A DNA stretch of 64,000 bases from an uncultured Gemmatimonadales bacterium. Its GTDB lineage: Bacteria > Gemmatimonadota > Gemmatimonadetes > Gemmatimonadales > GWC2-71-9. Position numbers and translations under genes: made by a program. How positions within the stretch are numbered: the first letter of the stretch is position 1; the number at the start of each line of letters is the position of its first letter. Below the pieces are notes generated by a model, which saw nothing but the letters and a program-made list of their open reading frames with translations, had not been told where the DNA came from and did not search any database. Shown here one piece after another: positions 42,178-52,588 of this stretch. The stretch lies in the NCBI GenBank assembly GCA_963825055.1, contig CAWGSK010000013.1:224001-288000 (forward strand). Reading direction: 5' to 3'.

Positions 42178-44083
42178 TCAGCGGACCTCGGGGCGGAAGG
42201 TGGTGGGGGGGGCCCGGAGGGGCCCGGGGGCCGTGACCGACGGCGAGGGCGCCGGCTGGCTGTCGGGATGCAGCTCGAGGGGCCGGGGCGCTGAATCGAC
42301 CGGTACGTCCACCAGCGGCAGTCGCTTCGTGTCCACCACCGCGTCGGGGCCAACGATGTACCGCTTCGCGATCGCGCTGACGAAGGGGCCGACGTTCGAG
42401 CCGTGCTCCGCGAACTCCATGACCATGCCGATGACAATCTCCGGCTTGTCCGCGGGCGCGAAACCCCAGGAACCAGCCGTGGTCCTTGCCGTGGCTGTTC
42501 TGGGCGGTTCCGGTCTTGCCCGCCAGAACGAAATCCCGCTGCCGGCTCCGGGCGCCGGTGCCGCGCTCCACCACGGCCACCAGCGCCTGGCGGAGCTGCT
42601 CTGCCTGCTCGGGGCTGATCCCGAATTCCCGGGTCCGGTCGCTGGTCGGGTGCACGAGGTAGGGGATGTGCTCCACCCCGCCGTTCGCGAGGCCCTGGTA
42701 GAACCGTGTCATCCCGACCACGCTCTGGGTGTTCTCGCCCTGTCCAATCGCAAAGTTCATGACGACCGAGCCCGCGGTCCATCCGCGCGGGCCGTAGGCC
42801 TCGTCGAAGTAGGATACGCTCGCGGGGTAAATCGGGCTGATCTCGTGGGCAAGGTCGATTCCCGATCGCTCCCGGAACCCGAGCTGGACCCCCTCCTCCA
42901 GCACCGTCTCGAGGCCGAGCCGCGTGCCGAGCTGGTAGAAGTAGACGTCGCAGCTCTGGGTGATCGCCCCCGTGAGGTCCAGCGACCCGTGGCCTTCCTT
43001 CTTCCAGCAACGGAAATACCGGTTGCCGAACTGGATCCCTCCCCGGCAGGGGATGTCCATCCGCGATTTGATGTTGATCACCCCGCGCTTCAACCCCATG
43101 ACCGCCATGGCCAGCTTGAAGGGTGACGCAGGCGGATATCGGGCCTGGATCGCGCGGTTGAGGAGCGGATGCGCCGGGTCCTCGACCAGCTCCCGATACT
43201 CCCGGGCGGAGATGCCGCCGATGAAGGCGTTGGGATCGAAGGCGGGCGCCGAGTAGAGAGCCAGGACCTGGCCCTCGGGAGTCATCGCAACCATGGCGCC
43301 CCGGACACCCTCGGGCCAGATGCTGTCGGTGAACTGCTGGAGTTCCAGGTCGAGCGTCGTGTGGAGCGGTTCGCCCGGCACCGGCGGCAGGGGCGGCGTC
43401 ACGCCTTCCTCGCGCACCATCCGTCCCCGCGCGTCCACCTCCACGTACCTCACGCCGCGCTGGCCCCGCAGGATGGAGTCGTACTCCTGCTCCAGGCCGT
43501 ATCTCCCCACCTCGGTGCCCGGCTCGGCGCCGGGATACCGGTCCTTCTCGAGATCGGACTCCGAGACCTCGCTCACGTACCCCGCCACATGGGCCACGGC
43601 CCTGCCCGCGGGATAGAATCGCTTGGGCTCAGCCTGAACGACCAATCCCGGCAGCAGCATCCGGTGTTCCTCGAGTTTCGCGACCACATCGAGCGGCGCG
43701 TCACCCAGTACCTGCGCGGGCTGGTATACCGCCTGCCGGTACCGGCGGAGCACATCCTGGATGGCGTCGTCCTCCAGCGGGACAACGGTCGCAAAACGGC
43801 GGAGCACGGCCTCCAGTGAGTCCGCGTTGGTTGCCAGCAGTTTTACCGTGTAGCCGGGAACGTTTTCGGCCACGATCCTGCCGTTGCGGTCATAAATGAC
43901 GCCACGGGGGGCGGCGAGGGGGACAGCCCGCAGGCGGTTCTTCTGCGCCCGGAGCTGGTACTGGTCATGCTGGACGACCTGCGCCCGGAAGAACGCGACG
44001 GCCAGCACGAGGAAGGCCACGCCGAGGATGGCGCGGGCGGCCGTGGCGCGCTGGTGCATGCGGGTGGAGTGAAATTCGTTCAT
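42178..44083 (-). CDS. mrdA: Penicillin-binding protein 2; apparent +1 frameshift near 42461-42467
   Basis: APRGVIYDRNG, SPFK (SxxK), SCD, KTGT; C-terminus (FAPADKPEIVIGMVMEF...) continues in the frame of ORF 42178-42426. Confidence 0.9.
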
Positions 44084-44580
44084 TCCTCAAACCGCATTTC
44101 CAGCCATTCACGGAACACGATCAGCACGACCACCCCGGCCAGCGCCGTCGTCAGTGCCTGAAGCGGCGACCAGATCAGGAGCCGGCGCCAGAGATCGTGG
44201 GTCGAGGCCCCGCTCGCCACGAGGACGATCAGGTCGCGGATCCAGAGGCCGCCGGCAAAGACCCCGGCGCTCACGATCACATTGTCGGCGAAGAAGACAG
44301 CCCGGCCCCACGCCGCGAGGTACCCCACTACCGTGTGAGCCAGCACGCCGGCGCCAAAACGGGCCGGTGTCAGGCTGTCGCTCAGCAGGCCCACGAGGAA
44401 CCCCGCGATGGCCGCGTCGCCCGGCCGGCTCCGGATCGCGTACACCAGGAGCGCGATGAGCAGGAAGTCCGGCGCCGCACGGCCGGTGAACAGCCTCGGC
44501 CGGACATAGAAGTGCAGCAGCAGCAACAGCAGCAGCACCAGGAGCATCCGCCCCCGGCTCGAGATCCGGACGAGGGTCAT
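44080..44580 (-). CDS. mreD: Rod shape-determining protein MreD
   Basis: Hydrophobic protein with PDFLLI and GFLVGLLSD; between mreC and mrdA. Confidence 0.88.
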   Translation of the reverse strand: MTLVRISSRGRMLLVLLLLLLLHFYVRPRLFTGRAAPDFLLIALLVYAIRSRPGDAAIAGFLVGLLSDSLTPARFGAGVLAHTVVGYLAAWGRAVFFADNVIVSAGVFAGGLWIRDLIVLVASGASTHDLWRRLLIWSPLQALTTALAGVVVLIVFREWLEMRFEE

Positions 44581-45422
44581 GGCGTGCTGTCCCCCCGGAA
44601 GGCCCCATCCAGGGGAGGACGGTCCGTACCGGTCAGGATCATGACGTGCCGCACCGTGGCCGGGTTGGCCGCGGGGCGGAGCATGTACGAGCGCTGCCAC
44701 CCCTTCTCCTCCCGGCTCACGCCGAGCACCGTCCCGATCGGCAGGCCGCGGGGGAACACCCCGCCGAGCCCGCTCGCCACCACCGGCGTGCCGGGGGCAA
44801 TCGAGTCGCGGTAGGACACCCCGCGCAATTCGAGCAGGCCTTCCGCGTCAAACCCCGACGGGGCGGCCGCGACGATGCCGAACACGCTCGTGTCGCGGGC
44901 AAAGGCACTCACGCGGAACTCCGGATGGGCCCAGGTCATCGCGACGCTCCGGTCGCCCTCCACTGCACGAATCACCCCGAGCAACCCATCGGAGCTCACG
45001 ACGGGATCGAACATCTGGACCCCGCTTCCGGCACCGACGCTGAGGAGCAGTGTCTCGCCGTCGGTGGGCGTCGGCTGGTGGAGCACTTCCGCCGGTACCC
45101 AGGCCACGGTCAGCCGGCGACCGAGCCCGAGCAGGGAGCGGAGCGAGGCGTTTTCGGCTTCAAGGGAGGGATAGTCCTGCGCGACGAGGGCGATCGAGTC
45201 GCGCTGGGCGGCGACAGCCTCGAACCTGGCCCGGCTGGTGCGCGCCTCGATGGCGCTCTGCTGCATCCAGAGGAACGGAACCAGGACGGTGCTGCGGACC
45301 GCGCCGGCGACCTGGTCGCCGAGGCGCTGGGGAATGAACAGGGCCGTCACCGCGAGGAGGACGCAGAGCAGGAAGCTGATCGTATCCCGCCTGTAGCTGG
45401 AAGCGTCCGGCCCCATCGCCAT
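44577..45422 (-). CDS. mreC: Rod shape-determining protein MreC
   Basis: N-terminal TM, coiled coil (EAENASLRSLL), SGLGGVFPRGLPIG. Confidence 0.92.
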   Translation of the reverse strand: MAMGPDASSYRRDTISFLLCVLLAVTALFIPQRLGDQVAGAVRSTVLVPFLWMQQSAIEARTSRARFEAVAAQRDSIALVAQDYPSLEAENASLRSLLGLGRRLTVAWVPAEVLHQPTPTDGETLLLSVGAGSGVQMFDPVVSSDGLLGVIRAVEGDRSVAMTWAHPEFRVSAFARDTSVFGIVAAAPSGFDAEGLLELRGVSYRDSIAPGTPVVASGLGGVFPRGLPIGTVLGVSREEKGWQRSYMLRPAANPATVRHVMILTGTDRPPLDGAFRGDSTP

Positions 45423-45423
45423 C

Positions 45424-46461
45424 TCAGGTCGCTAGCACACTGCGGTATTTCTCGAAGTCGTCGAGAATCCGGCCGGCACCCCGGACGACGCACGTGAGCG
45501 GGTCCTCATCCACGTGGATCGGGAGCCCGGTCTCCTGTGACAGCAGCACGTCCAGGCCGCGGATCAGGGCGCCGCCCCCGGTCATGATGATGCCACGGTC
45601 GACGATATCGCTGGCCAGTTCGGGCGGCGTGATCTCCAGGGCGCGGCGCACCGCGTCCACAATCTGCTGGATCGGCTCCTGGAGCGCCTCGCGGATTTCA
45701 CTCGAGTGCACGCGCACCGTCTTCGGGATGCCGGAGACGAGATCCCGGCCCTTCACTTCCATCTCCTGCTCCTCGCCGACCGGCGCCGCGGATCCGATCC
45801 GGATCTTGATGCCCTCGGCGGTGGGTTCGCCCACGAGCAGGTTGTAGTTCTTCCGCATGAACTGCACGATCGCCTGGTCCAGTTCGTCGCCGCCGGTCCG
45901 GATGGAGGTGTCGCTCACGATGCCGGAGAGCGCGATGACGGCGATCTCGGTGGTGCCGCCGCCGATGTCGATCACCATGTTGCCGGTCGGGGTCTCGACC
46001 GGCAGTCCCACGCCGATCGCGGCCGCCATCGGCTCGGCCACCATCAGCACCTGCTTGGCACCGGCCGTCTCGGCGCTGTCCCGCACCGCGCGCCGTTCCA
46101 CCTCGGTGATCCCGGAGGGCACGCAGACGATCACCCGCGGCTTCACCTTGAACACGTGCTGGTCAATGATGCGCTTCAGGAAGTGGCGGAGCATCTTCTC
46201 GGTCACGTCGAAGTCCGCGATCACCCCGTCCTTGAGCGGCCGGACGGCGAGAATGCTGTCGGGCGTGCGCCCGAGCATGCGCTTCGCATCGAGGCCGAAG
46301 CCCATCGGCTTGCCGGTCGATTTCTCCAGCGCCACGACGGACGGCTCGTTGAGCACGATGCCCTCGCCCTTCACGTACACCAGGGTGTTGGCCGTGCCGA
46401 GATCCACCGCGATCTCGTTGGCGGGCAGGAGCGAGCCGAGTTTCGGGAAGGAAAACTTCAT
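45424..46461 (-). CDS. mreB: Actin-like MreB
   Basis: DLGTANT, RPLKDGVIADF, EPMAAAIG, DIGGGTTE, TGGGAL. Confidence 0.98.
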   Translation of the reverse strand: MKFSFPKLGSLLPANEIAVDLGTANTLVYVKGEGIVLNEPSVVALEKSTGKPMGFGLDAKRMLGRTPDSILAVRPLKDGVIADFDVTEKMLRHFLKRIIDQHVFKVKPRVIVCVPSGITEVERRAVRDSAETAGAKQVLMVAEPMAAAIGVGLPVETPTGNMVIDIGGGTTEIAVIALSGIVSDTSIRTGGDELDQAIVQFMRKNYNLLVGEPTAEGIKIRIGSAAPVGEEQEMEVKGRDLVSGIPKTVRVHSSEIREALQEPIQQIVDAVRRALEITPPELASDIVDRGIIMTGGGALIRGLDVLLSQETGLPIHVDEDPLTCVVRGAGRILDDFEKYRSVLAT

Positions 46462-46489
46462 CAGGAAGTCAGGGCGTCCATGGGGTGAT

Positions 46490-46518
46490 AACCTAACGTC
46501 TGGGAAGAGGGCCTACAA
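46490..46518 (-). promoter_or_regulatory. sigma70-type promoter of mreB
   Basis: TTGTAG-17-TAGGTT on the minus strand. Confidence 0.45.
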
Positions 46519-46549
46519 GCACGTGCAGGACGATTGCGCGGCCTGGCCG

Positions 46550-46996
46550 CTACCGGCCGGTGCTCCCGAATCCGCCGTGCCCCCGCGCGGTGTCCTCGAG
46601 GTCCGCCACGGGCTCGAATGCCACCTGCGCGACCCGGGCGAACACCATCTGTGCAATCCGCATGCCCCGCTCGACCCCGAAGGGCTCCGCGCCGAGGTTG
46701 ACCAGGGCGACCTTGACCTCCCCACGGTAATCGCTGTCGATCGTGGCCGGGGCGTTGGCCAGGGTCACGCCGTGACGGAGGGCGAGCCCCGAGCGGGGCC
46801 GCAGCTGGCACTCGTATCCTGCGGGGATGGCAAGGCGAAATCCGGTAGCGAACAGGCGCCGCCCGCCGGGCTCCAGGAGGCCTTCCTCGGCGCTGGCCAG
46901 GTCGTACCCGGCCGCGCCGGGGGTGCCCTGGACCGGCAGCGGGAGCCCCTCGCCGTGGGCCAGCCGGGAGATCCGTATGCCGAGCGGTTCAGCCAC
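46550..46996 (-). CDS. dut: dUTPase
   Basis: [38 protein letters not shown]. Confidence 0.96.
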   Translation of the reverse strand: MAEPLGIRISRLAHGEGLPLPVQGTPGAAGYDLASAEEGLLEPGGRRLFATGFRLAIPAGYECQLRPRSGLALRHGVTLANAPATIDSDYRGEVKVALVNLGAEPFGVERGMRIAQMVFARVAQVAFEPVADLEDTARGHGGFGSTGR

Positions 46997-48110
46997 CCTT
47001 GAGAACCGACTCCACGTCCACCAGCGGCAGCCCGAAGGCCTCGGCCACGCCGGGGTAGACCACCTTGCCCTCGACTACGTTGAGGCCGAGGCGGAGGGCC
47101 TTGTCGGCCCCGGAGGCCCGCTTCCAGCCGTCCCGCGCGAGACGAATGCCCCAGGGGAGGGTGGCGTTGGTCAGGGCAAGCGTGGAGGTGCGGGGCACGC
47201 CGCCAGGCATGTTGGCCACCGCGTAGTGCAGGATGCCGTCCACAAAGTACGTCGGGTTCTCGTGGGTAGTCGGCTTGATGGTCTCGACGCAGCCGCCCTG
47301 GTCCACCGCCACGTCCACGATGACCGTGCCGGGTTTCATGGTCTTGAGGTCCTCGCGCTTGACGAGGTGCGGCGCACGGGCCCCGGGAAGGAGTACCGCC
47401 CCGACCACGAGGTCGGCCTTGGCGATGGCCTCGAGGATGTTGTGCCGGTTGGAGTAGACGGTATCCACGTTGGCGGGGAGCACGTCGTCCAGGTACCGCA
47501 GCCGGTCGAGCGAGATGTCGAGAATGGTCACGTGCGCGCCCAGCCCCGCGGCCATCTTGGCGGCATTGATGCCGACCACGCCGCCACCGATGATGGCGAC
47601 CTCGCCCGGGGCCACGCCCGGCACGCCACCCAGCAGGATGCCGCTGCCCCCGAACACCTTCTCCAGGTACTTGGCGCCTTCCTGCACCGCCATCCGTCCG
47701 GCCACCTCGCTCATCGGCGTGAGCAGCGGCAGCTCGCCATTGGGAAGCTGCACCGTCTCATACGCGACCGCGATGGCCCCGGATTCGATCACCGCGCGGG
47801 TGAGCTTCTCGTCGGCGGCAAAGTGGAAGTAGGTGTAGATCAGTTGCCCTGCCCGCATCCGCGGCCACTCCGGCGCGATGGGCTCCTTCACCTTCATGAT
47901 CATGTCGGCCTTCGCCCAGACTTCATCGGCGGTCGGCAGGATCTTCCCGCCCACGGCCGCGTACGCCTCGTCGGGGAAGCCGCTGCCATCGCCGGCACCC
48001 TGCTCGATACAGACCGTGTGACCGGCCCCGGTGAGGGCCTCACACCCCGCGGGGACGAGGGCAACGCGGTTCTCGTTGGTCTTGATTTCCTTCGGGACGC
48101 CGATGATCAT
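46989..48110 (-). CDS. ald: Alanine dehydrogenase
   Basis: [39 protein letters not shown]. Confidence 0.96.
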   Translation of the reverse strand: MIIGVPKEIKTNENRVALVPAGCEALTGAGHTVCIEQGAGDGSGFPDEAYAAVGGKILPTADEVWAKADMIMKVKEPIAPEWPRMRAGQLIYTYFHFAADEKLTRAVIESGAIAVAYETVQLPNGELPLLTPMSEVAGRMAVQEGAKYLEKVFGGSGILLGGVPGVAPGEVAIIGGGVVGINAAKMAAGLGAHVTILDISLDRLRYLDDVLPANVDTVYSNRHNILEAIAKADLVVGAVLLPGARAPHLVKREDLKTMKPGTVIVDVAVDQGGCVETIKPTTHENPTYFVDGILHYAVANMPGGVPRTSTLALTNATLPWGIRLARDGWKRASGADKALRLGLNVVEGKVVYPGVAEAFGLPLVDVESVLKGG

Positions 48111-48144
48111 GGCTCGCTCGGAAAGTAAATGGTCAATTCGTCGG

Positions 48145-49410
48145 TCAGGCGACGGCCCGCTCGGGGCCCAGCCGCATGATGGTCTGCCGGCCGGGAGCGA
48201 AGAACTCCGCCGACACGGCACGCACCTGTTCCACTGTCACTGCGTCGATCGCCCCGCGCAGCTCGTCGAGGCTCCGGTACCGGTCCTCGTGCAGGGCCAT
48301 CGCCGCAAGCCGGCTCATCCGGCTGCCCGGGCTTTCCAGCGCCAGCAGCACCTGTCCCTTCAACTGCTGCTTCCCCTCGTCCAGTTCGGCCTCTCCCAGC
48401 GCCTCGTCCGCCACGCGGGCATACTCCGCGAGGATGGCCTCGACCGCCTGGTCCGCCGTGGCCGGCTGGGTACCAACGTACACACCCGCAACGCCGGTCG
48501 CCCGGTGCAGGTTCTGGTAGGCGTAGATGGCGTAGGCGAGACCGAGTTCCTCACGGATCCGCTGGAACAGCCGGCTCGACATGCCGCCACCGAAGATATT
48601 CACGAGGATGGCGAGGGCAAACCGCCGTTCATCGCGATAGGGGAAGGTGTCGGTGGCAAGGACAATGTGGGTCTGGGCAGTGTCGCGCGGTTCGCGGTGA
48701 GCCCCGCCCCGCACCGCGGGCGCGGCGGCAACGGCAGGCACCGGCGCCCGGGACGCGCCGTCCGCAAACCAGCCCTCCAGCTCCAGCAGGCCCAGCAGCG
48801 CGTCATGGTCCAGGCTGCCGGCCGCCGCGATGACGCAATTGCCGGGGTAGTAGTTGTCCCGGTGGACGCTCCGGAGGTGTTCCGCCGTCAACCCGCCGAC
48901 GGTCTCCCTGGTACCGAGGATGGCGTGGCCGTAGCCGTGGGCGGGCCACATCTGCCGGGCCAGCAGGTCGAAGACCAGGTCGTCCGGGGTGTCATCCACC
49001 ATGTTGATCTCCTCCAGGACCACGTTCCGCTCGAGCTGGAGGTCGGCATCCTGGAGGAGGGGACGGCGCACGAGGTCGGTGAGGACATCCACCGCGCGGG
49101 GGAGGTCCTCGTCGACCACATGGGCCTGGAAGTTGGTGTAGTCGCGGCCGGTGTAGGCGTCGAGGCTGCCGCCCCGCACCTCGAGTTCCATCGCAATCTC
49201 GCGCGCGCTGCGGCGCTCGCTGCCCTTGAACACCATGTGCTCGAGCAGGTGGGACACGCCCATGATCGCGGGCGGTTCATGCGCGCTGGCGGTCCGGACC
49301 CAGACGCCGGCGGCCACCGAGCGAATGCCCGGCAGCCGTTCGGTCAGGATGGTGAGGCCGTTCGGGGCCACCGAACGGCGCACCCCGGTGTCGAGCTGCT
49401 CCGTATCCAT
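48145..49410 (-). CDS. M16-family zinc peptidase
   Basis: [10 protein letters not shown] inverzincin motif, [20 protein letters not shown]; downstream of pnp. Confidence 0.93.
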   Translation of the reverse strand: MDTEQLDTGVRRSVAPNGLTILTERLPGIRSVAAGVWVRTASAHEPPAIMGVSHLLEHMVFKGSERRSAREIAMELEVRGGSLDAYTGRDYTNFQAHVVDEDLPRAVDVLTDLVRRPLLQDADLQLERNVVLEEINMVDDTPDDLVFDLLARQMWPAHGYGHAILGTRETVGGLTAEHLRSVHRDNYYPGNCVIAAAGSLDHDALLGLLELEGWFADGASRAPVPAVAAAPAVRGGAHREPRDTAQTHIVLATDTFPYRDERRFALAILVNIFGGGMSSRLFQRIREELGLAYAIYAYQNLHRATGVAGVYVGTQPATADQAVEAILAEYARVADEALGEAELDEGKQQLKGQVLLALESPGSRMSRLAAMALHEDRYRSLDELRGAIDAVTVEQVRAVSAEFFAPGRQTIMRLGPERAVA

Positions 49411-49417
49411 CGGCCGG

Positions 49418-51499
49418 CTACTCCTTGGGAAGGAGCGCCTTCCGGGAAAGCTTCATGCGGCCGCGATCGTCGACCTCGAGCAGCTTCACCTGGATTGTGT
49501 CGCCCTTCTTGACCACGTCTTCGGTCTTCTCGACCCTGGTGTGGGCGAGCTCCGAGATGTGCAGCAGCCCTTCCACGCCCGGAAGGATCTCGACGAACGC
49601 CCCGAAGGCCGTCGTGCTCTTGACCGGGCCCTCGTAGATCCTGCCCACCTCGGGCTCCGCCACCAGTGCCGCGACCATCTCGCGGGCACGCTGGCCGGCC
49701 TCGCCGCCCACGGCGGCGATGGTCACGAGCCCCGTGTCGTCAACGTTGACCTTGGCACCCGTCTGGTCCTGGATCCCGCGGATCGTCTTGCCCTTCGGGC
49801 CGATGATGTCGCCGATCCGGTCGGGCTTGATCTGGATGGTGATGATCCGGGGCGCGTAGGGCGACAGTTCCGGCCGCGCCTCGGCCAGTTCCTTCTTCAT
49901 GATCTTGAGGATGTGGAGCCGGCCCTTGCGTGCCTTCTCCAGCGCTTCCTCCATGATCGCGAGGTCGAGGCCCTGGATCTTGATGTCCATCTGGATGGAC
50001 GTGATCCCGCCCTCGGTCCCGGCGACCTTGAAGTCCATGTCACCCAGGTGATCCTCGCTGCCCAGGATGTCGGTCAGCACGGCGACCTTGTCGCCTTCCT
50101 TGATGAGGCCCATCGCCACGCCGGCGCAGTGCGCCTTCATCGGCACGCCCGCGTCCATCAGGGCGAGCGAGCCGCCGCAGACGGTGGCCATGGAGCTGGA
50201 CCCGTTGGACTCGAGCACCTCGCTCACCACGCGGAGCGTGTACGGGAAGCCCTCGTAGTCCGGCAGGAGCGGCTGCAATGCCCGCTCGGCCAGCGCGCCA
50301 TGCCCGATCTCCCGGCGGCTGGTGCCGCGGATGGGCCGCACCTCGCCGGTGCTGTACGGCGGGAAGTTGTAGTGCAGCATGAACGACTTGGTCGTCTCGC
50401 CGGCCACGTCGATGTTGTCGATCCGCTGCTCGTCATCCGACGTGCCCAGCGTGACCGCCACCAGGGCCTGGGTCTCGCCCCGCGTGAACAGCGCCGAACC
50501 GTGGGCCCGGGGAAGCAGGCCGGTCTCGATCGTGATCGGCCGGACCGTGTCCAGGTCCCGCCCGTCCACCCGCTCCCCCTGCTCCAGTACCTGGTTCCGC
50601 ATGGTCCGATACTCGATCGCATCCAGCTCCCCGTAGACATCCTTCATGTTCTCCGGGTAGAGCTCCTGCAGCTTGCCGATGACCTCGTCCTTCGCCGCCT
50701 TGAGCGCCGCCGCGCGCCCGGCCTTGTCCTTGGCATTGATGGACTTCGTGACCAGGTCCTCGGCCATGTCGCGCACCTTGGCGACCACGGCCTGGTCGGG
50801 CTCGGCGCGGTTCCACTCAACCTTCGCCTTGGCGCACTTCTTGATCAGCTTGTTCTCGAGGGTCACCAGCTCCTTGATGCCCTTCTGGGCCACCTTCAGC
50901 GCCGCCACCAGCTCCGTCTCGGAGATCTCGAGGGCGCCGCCCTCGACCATCATGATCGAGTCGGCCTGGCCCGCCACCGTGATGTCCACGGTGCTGAACT
51001 CGAGCTGCTGGAAGGTGGGATTCAGGATCCAGTTGCCATCAACCCGGCCCACCCGGACGGCCGCCACGGGGCCGTTCCACGGGATCTGGCTCAGGGAGAG
51101 CGCGAGCGAGGCGGCGACCACGCCGATCACGTCGGCGTCGTTCTCCTGGTCTGCCGACAGCACCGTCACGAAGATCTGGATCTCGTTCTTGAAGCCCTTC
51201 GGGAAGAGCGGACGCATCGTCCGGTCGATCACCCGGGCCGCAAGGATCTCGTGATCCGAGGGGCGGCCCTCCCGCTTGATGAAGCCACCCGGGATCCGCC
51301 CGGCGGCGTACGTCTTCTCGCGGTACTCGACCGTGAGCGGGAAGAATGGCAGCGTTGATTCCCTGGGGGACATCGTCACCGCGGCCAGCACGACCGTGTC
51401 GCCGAACTGGAGGAGCACCGACCCGGCAGCCTGCTTGGCGAGGCGCCCGGTCTCGAGGCTCAGCTTGCGACCGGCAAATTCTGTGTCAATCCGTTCCAC
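49418..51499 (-). CDS. pnp: Polyribonucleotide nucleotidyltransferase
   Basis: FFPLTVEY, GRIPGGF, RREIGHG, ESNGSSSMA, GDMDFKVAGT, KH and S1 domains. Confidence 0.98.
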   Translation of the reverse strand: MERIDTEFAGRKLSLETGRLAKQAAGSVLLQFGDTVVLAAVTMSPRESTLPFFPLTVEYREKTYAAGRIPGGFIKREGRPSDHEILAARVIDRTMRPLFPKGFKNEIQIFVTVLSADQENDADVIGVVAASLALSLSQIPWNGPVAAVRVGRVDGNWILNPTFQQLEFSTVDITVAGQADSIMMVEGGALEISETELVAALKVAQKGIKELVTLENKLIKKCAKAKVEWNRAEPDQAVVAKVRDMAEDLVTKSINAKDKAGRAAALKAAKDEVIGKLQELYPENMKDVYGELDAIEYRTMRNQVLEQGERVDGRDLDTVRPITIETGLLPRAHGSALFTRGETQALVAVTLGTSDDEQRIDNIDVAGETTKSFMLHYNFPPYSTGEVRPIRGTSRREIGHGALAERALQPLLPDYEGFPYTLRVVSEVLESNGSSSMATVCGGSLALMDAGVPMKAHCAGVAMGLIKEGDKVAVLTDILGSEDHLGDMDFKVAGTEGGITSIQMDIKIQGLDLAIMEEALEKARKGRLHILKIMKKELAEARPELSPYAPRIITIQIKPDRIGDIIGPKGKTIRGIQDQTGAKVNVDDTGLVTIAAVGGEAGQRAREMVAALVAEPEVGRIYEGPVKSTTAFGAFVEILPGVEGLLHISELAHTRVEKTEDVVKKGDTIQVKLLEVDDRGRMKLSRKALLPKE

Positions 51500-51535
51500 G
51501 TTGTTGGACCTTTGCGTCTGGTGAGCACACCAATG

Positions 51536-51572
51536 CGAAACGGGCGCCCCTGTGCTCTGCTGGGGCGCCCGG
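51536..51572 (-). terminator. Stem-loop between rpsO and pnp (terminator or processing site)
   Basis: CGGGCGCCCC / GGGGCGCCCG 10-bp stem followed by TTTCG on the minus strand. Confidence 0.55.
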
Positions 51573-51588
51573 CCTGGCTCGCGCGAGG

Positions 51589-51849
51589 TTAGTGACGGAG
51601 ACCGAGTTGATCGATCAGCTCACGGTACGTCTCGAGGTCGCTCTTGCGGAGGTAGGTCAGCAGCCGACGCCGCTGGCCCACCATCTTGAGCAGACCCCGA
51701 CGCCCGTGGTGATCCTTGGGGTGGGTCCGGAAATGATCCGTGAGGTAGTTGATGCGTTCCGTGAGGAGCGCGACCTGGACGCGGGCCGATCCCGTGTCAC
51801 CCTCGGTGCGGGCATGCTTCTCGATGACCGCCTGCTTGTCAAACCCCAT
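51589..51849 (-). CDS. rpsO: 30S ribosomal protein S15
   Basis: [36 protein letters not shown]. Confidence 0.98.
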   Translation of the reverse strand: MGFDKQAVIEKHARTEGDTGSARVQVALLTERINYLTDHFRTHPKDHHGRRGLLKMVGQRRRLLTYLRKSDLETYRELIDQLGLRH

Positions 51850-51909
51850 CTCGCCACTTCCTCATCTGTTTACGCGAGCAGTGCTTAAGCGATTCTGTGA
51901 TAGCAGGGG

Positions 51910-51939
51910 AATGTAGCGGGAAACTGGGGGGTGGGGCAA
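51910..51939 (-). promoter_or_regulatory. sigma70-type promoter of rpsO-pnp
   Basis: TTGCCC-18-TACATT on the minus strand. Confidence 0.55.
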
Positions 51940-51961
51940 GGGGGATGGGGGGCGAGAGAGG

Positions 51962-52045
51962 GTGGCGAGTGGCAAGTGGCAAGTGGCAAGTGGCAAGTGG
52001 CAAGTGGCAAGTGGCAAATGGGGAGTGGGGAGTGGGGAGTGGCCA
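51962..52045 (+). repeat. Locus H left arm: 12 heptamers (GTGGCGA, GTGGCAA x7, RTGGGGA x3, GTGGCCA)
   Basis: Direct reading of the tandem array. Confidence 0.95.
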
Positions 52046-52129
52046 ACGCAAGGGGAAGGACGGGATGGATGGGTCCAGACCTCAGGAATTCGGTACGCTT
52101 CCCAGGCGCCCAGGGATGAACTTCCCATC

Positions 52130-52501
52130 ATGGAAGATCAGTCGAGGACAGGCTCCTACCAGGGCCTTGAGGCCTGGCGGGAAGCCATGGCCCTGGCGGA
52201 GTCTGTCTGGCAGGAAACCCGAACATTTCCCGCAGAAGAGCGCTACGTCCTGAGCCAGCAGCTCCGCCGGGCGGCCTCCTCGATTCCGGCCAATATCGCC
52301 GAGGGGTTCGGCCGGCGCAGCGGTGGAGACTACCGGCGTTTCCTGGCCATCGCCAACGGTTCGCTGAAGGAGGCGGAAACCCAGATTCTACTGGCGGCAC
52401 GCGTCGGTGTATTGCCGCCAGAAGTTGCGGATCGGATGGTCAAGAGAACGAACCGAATCGGACGACTGTTGCTTGGATTGTGTCGATCTCTGAAGCGATA
52501 G
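52130..52501 (+). CDS. Four helix bundle protein (23S rRNA IVS-protein / Avd-like family)
   Basis: SYQGLEAWREAM, FPAEERYVLSQQLRRAASSIPANIAEGFGR, FLAIANGSLKEAETQ; antisense to both neighbours. Confidence 0.92.
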   Translation: MEDQSRTGSYQGLEAWREAMALAESVWQETRTFPAEERYVLSQQLRRAASSIPANIAEGFGRRSGGDYRRFLAIANGSLKEAETQILLAARVGVLPPEVADRMVKRTNRIGRLLLGLCRSLKR

Positions 52502-52517
52502 GAACCCCTACCGCCGC

Positions 52518-52588
52518 TGGCCACTTCCCATTGGCCCACTTCCCACTCGCCATTTACCACTTACCACTTGCCACTTACCACTCGCCTA
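52518..52588 (-). repeat. Locus H right arm: about 10 units (TTACCAC/TTGCCAC/TTCCCAC), inverted relative to the left arm
   Basis: Last unit TCGCCTA contains the rseP stop codon. Confidence 0.92.

Noticed and set aside
42460..42468. Programmed -1 ribosomal frameshift at GGGGTTTC in mrdA
   Set aside because: The needed shift is +1, and the run is not phased as an X XXY YYZ slippery site
40934..44083. 1049-aa PBP2-RodA fusion ORF
   Set aside because: The linker is out-of-frame sequence; the true PBP2 C-terminus and the rodA start are both present, and a single extra base explains the fusion
51962..52129. N-terminal ASGKWQV repeat extension of the four-helix-bundle protein, and similar ORFs at 32421 and 51839-52253
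   Set aside because: These are translations of the heptamer DNA repeat; the family-like sequence begins at the ATG at 52130
51962..52588. Diversity-generating retroelement suggested by the Avd-like gene
   Set aside because: No reverse transcriptase and no TR/VR pair differing at adenines was seen in the window
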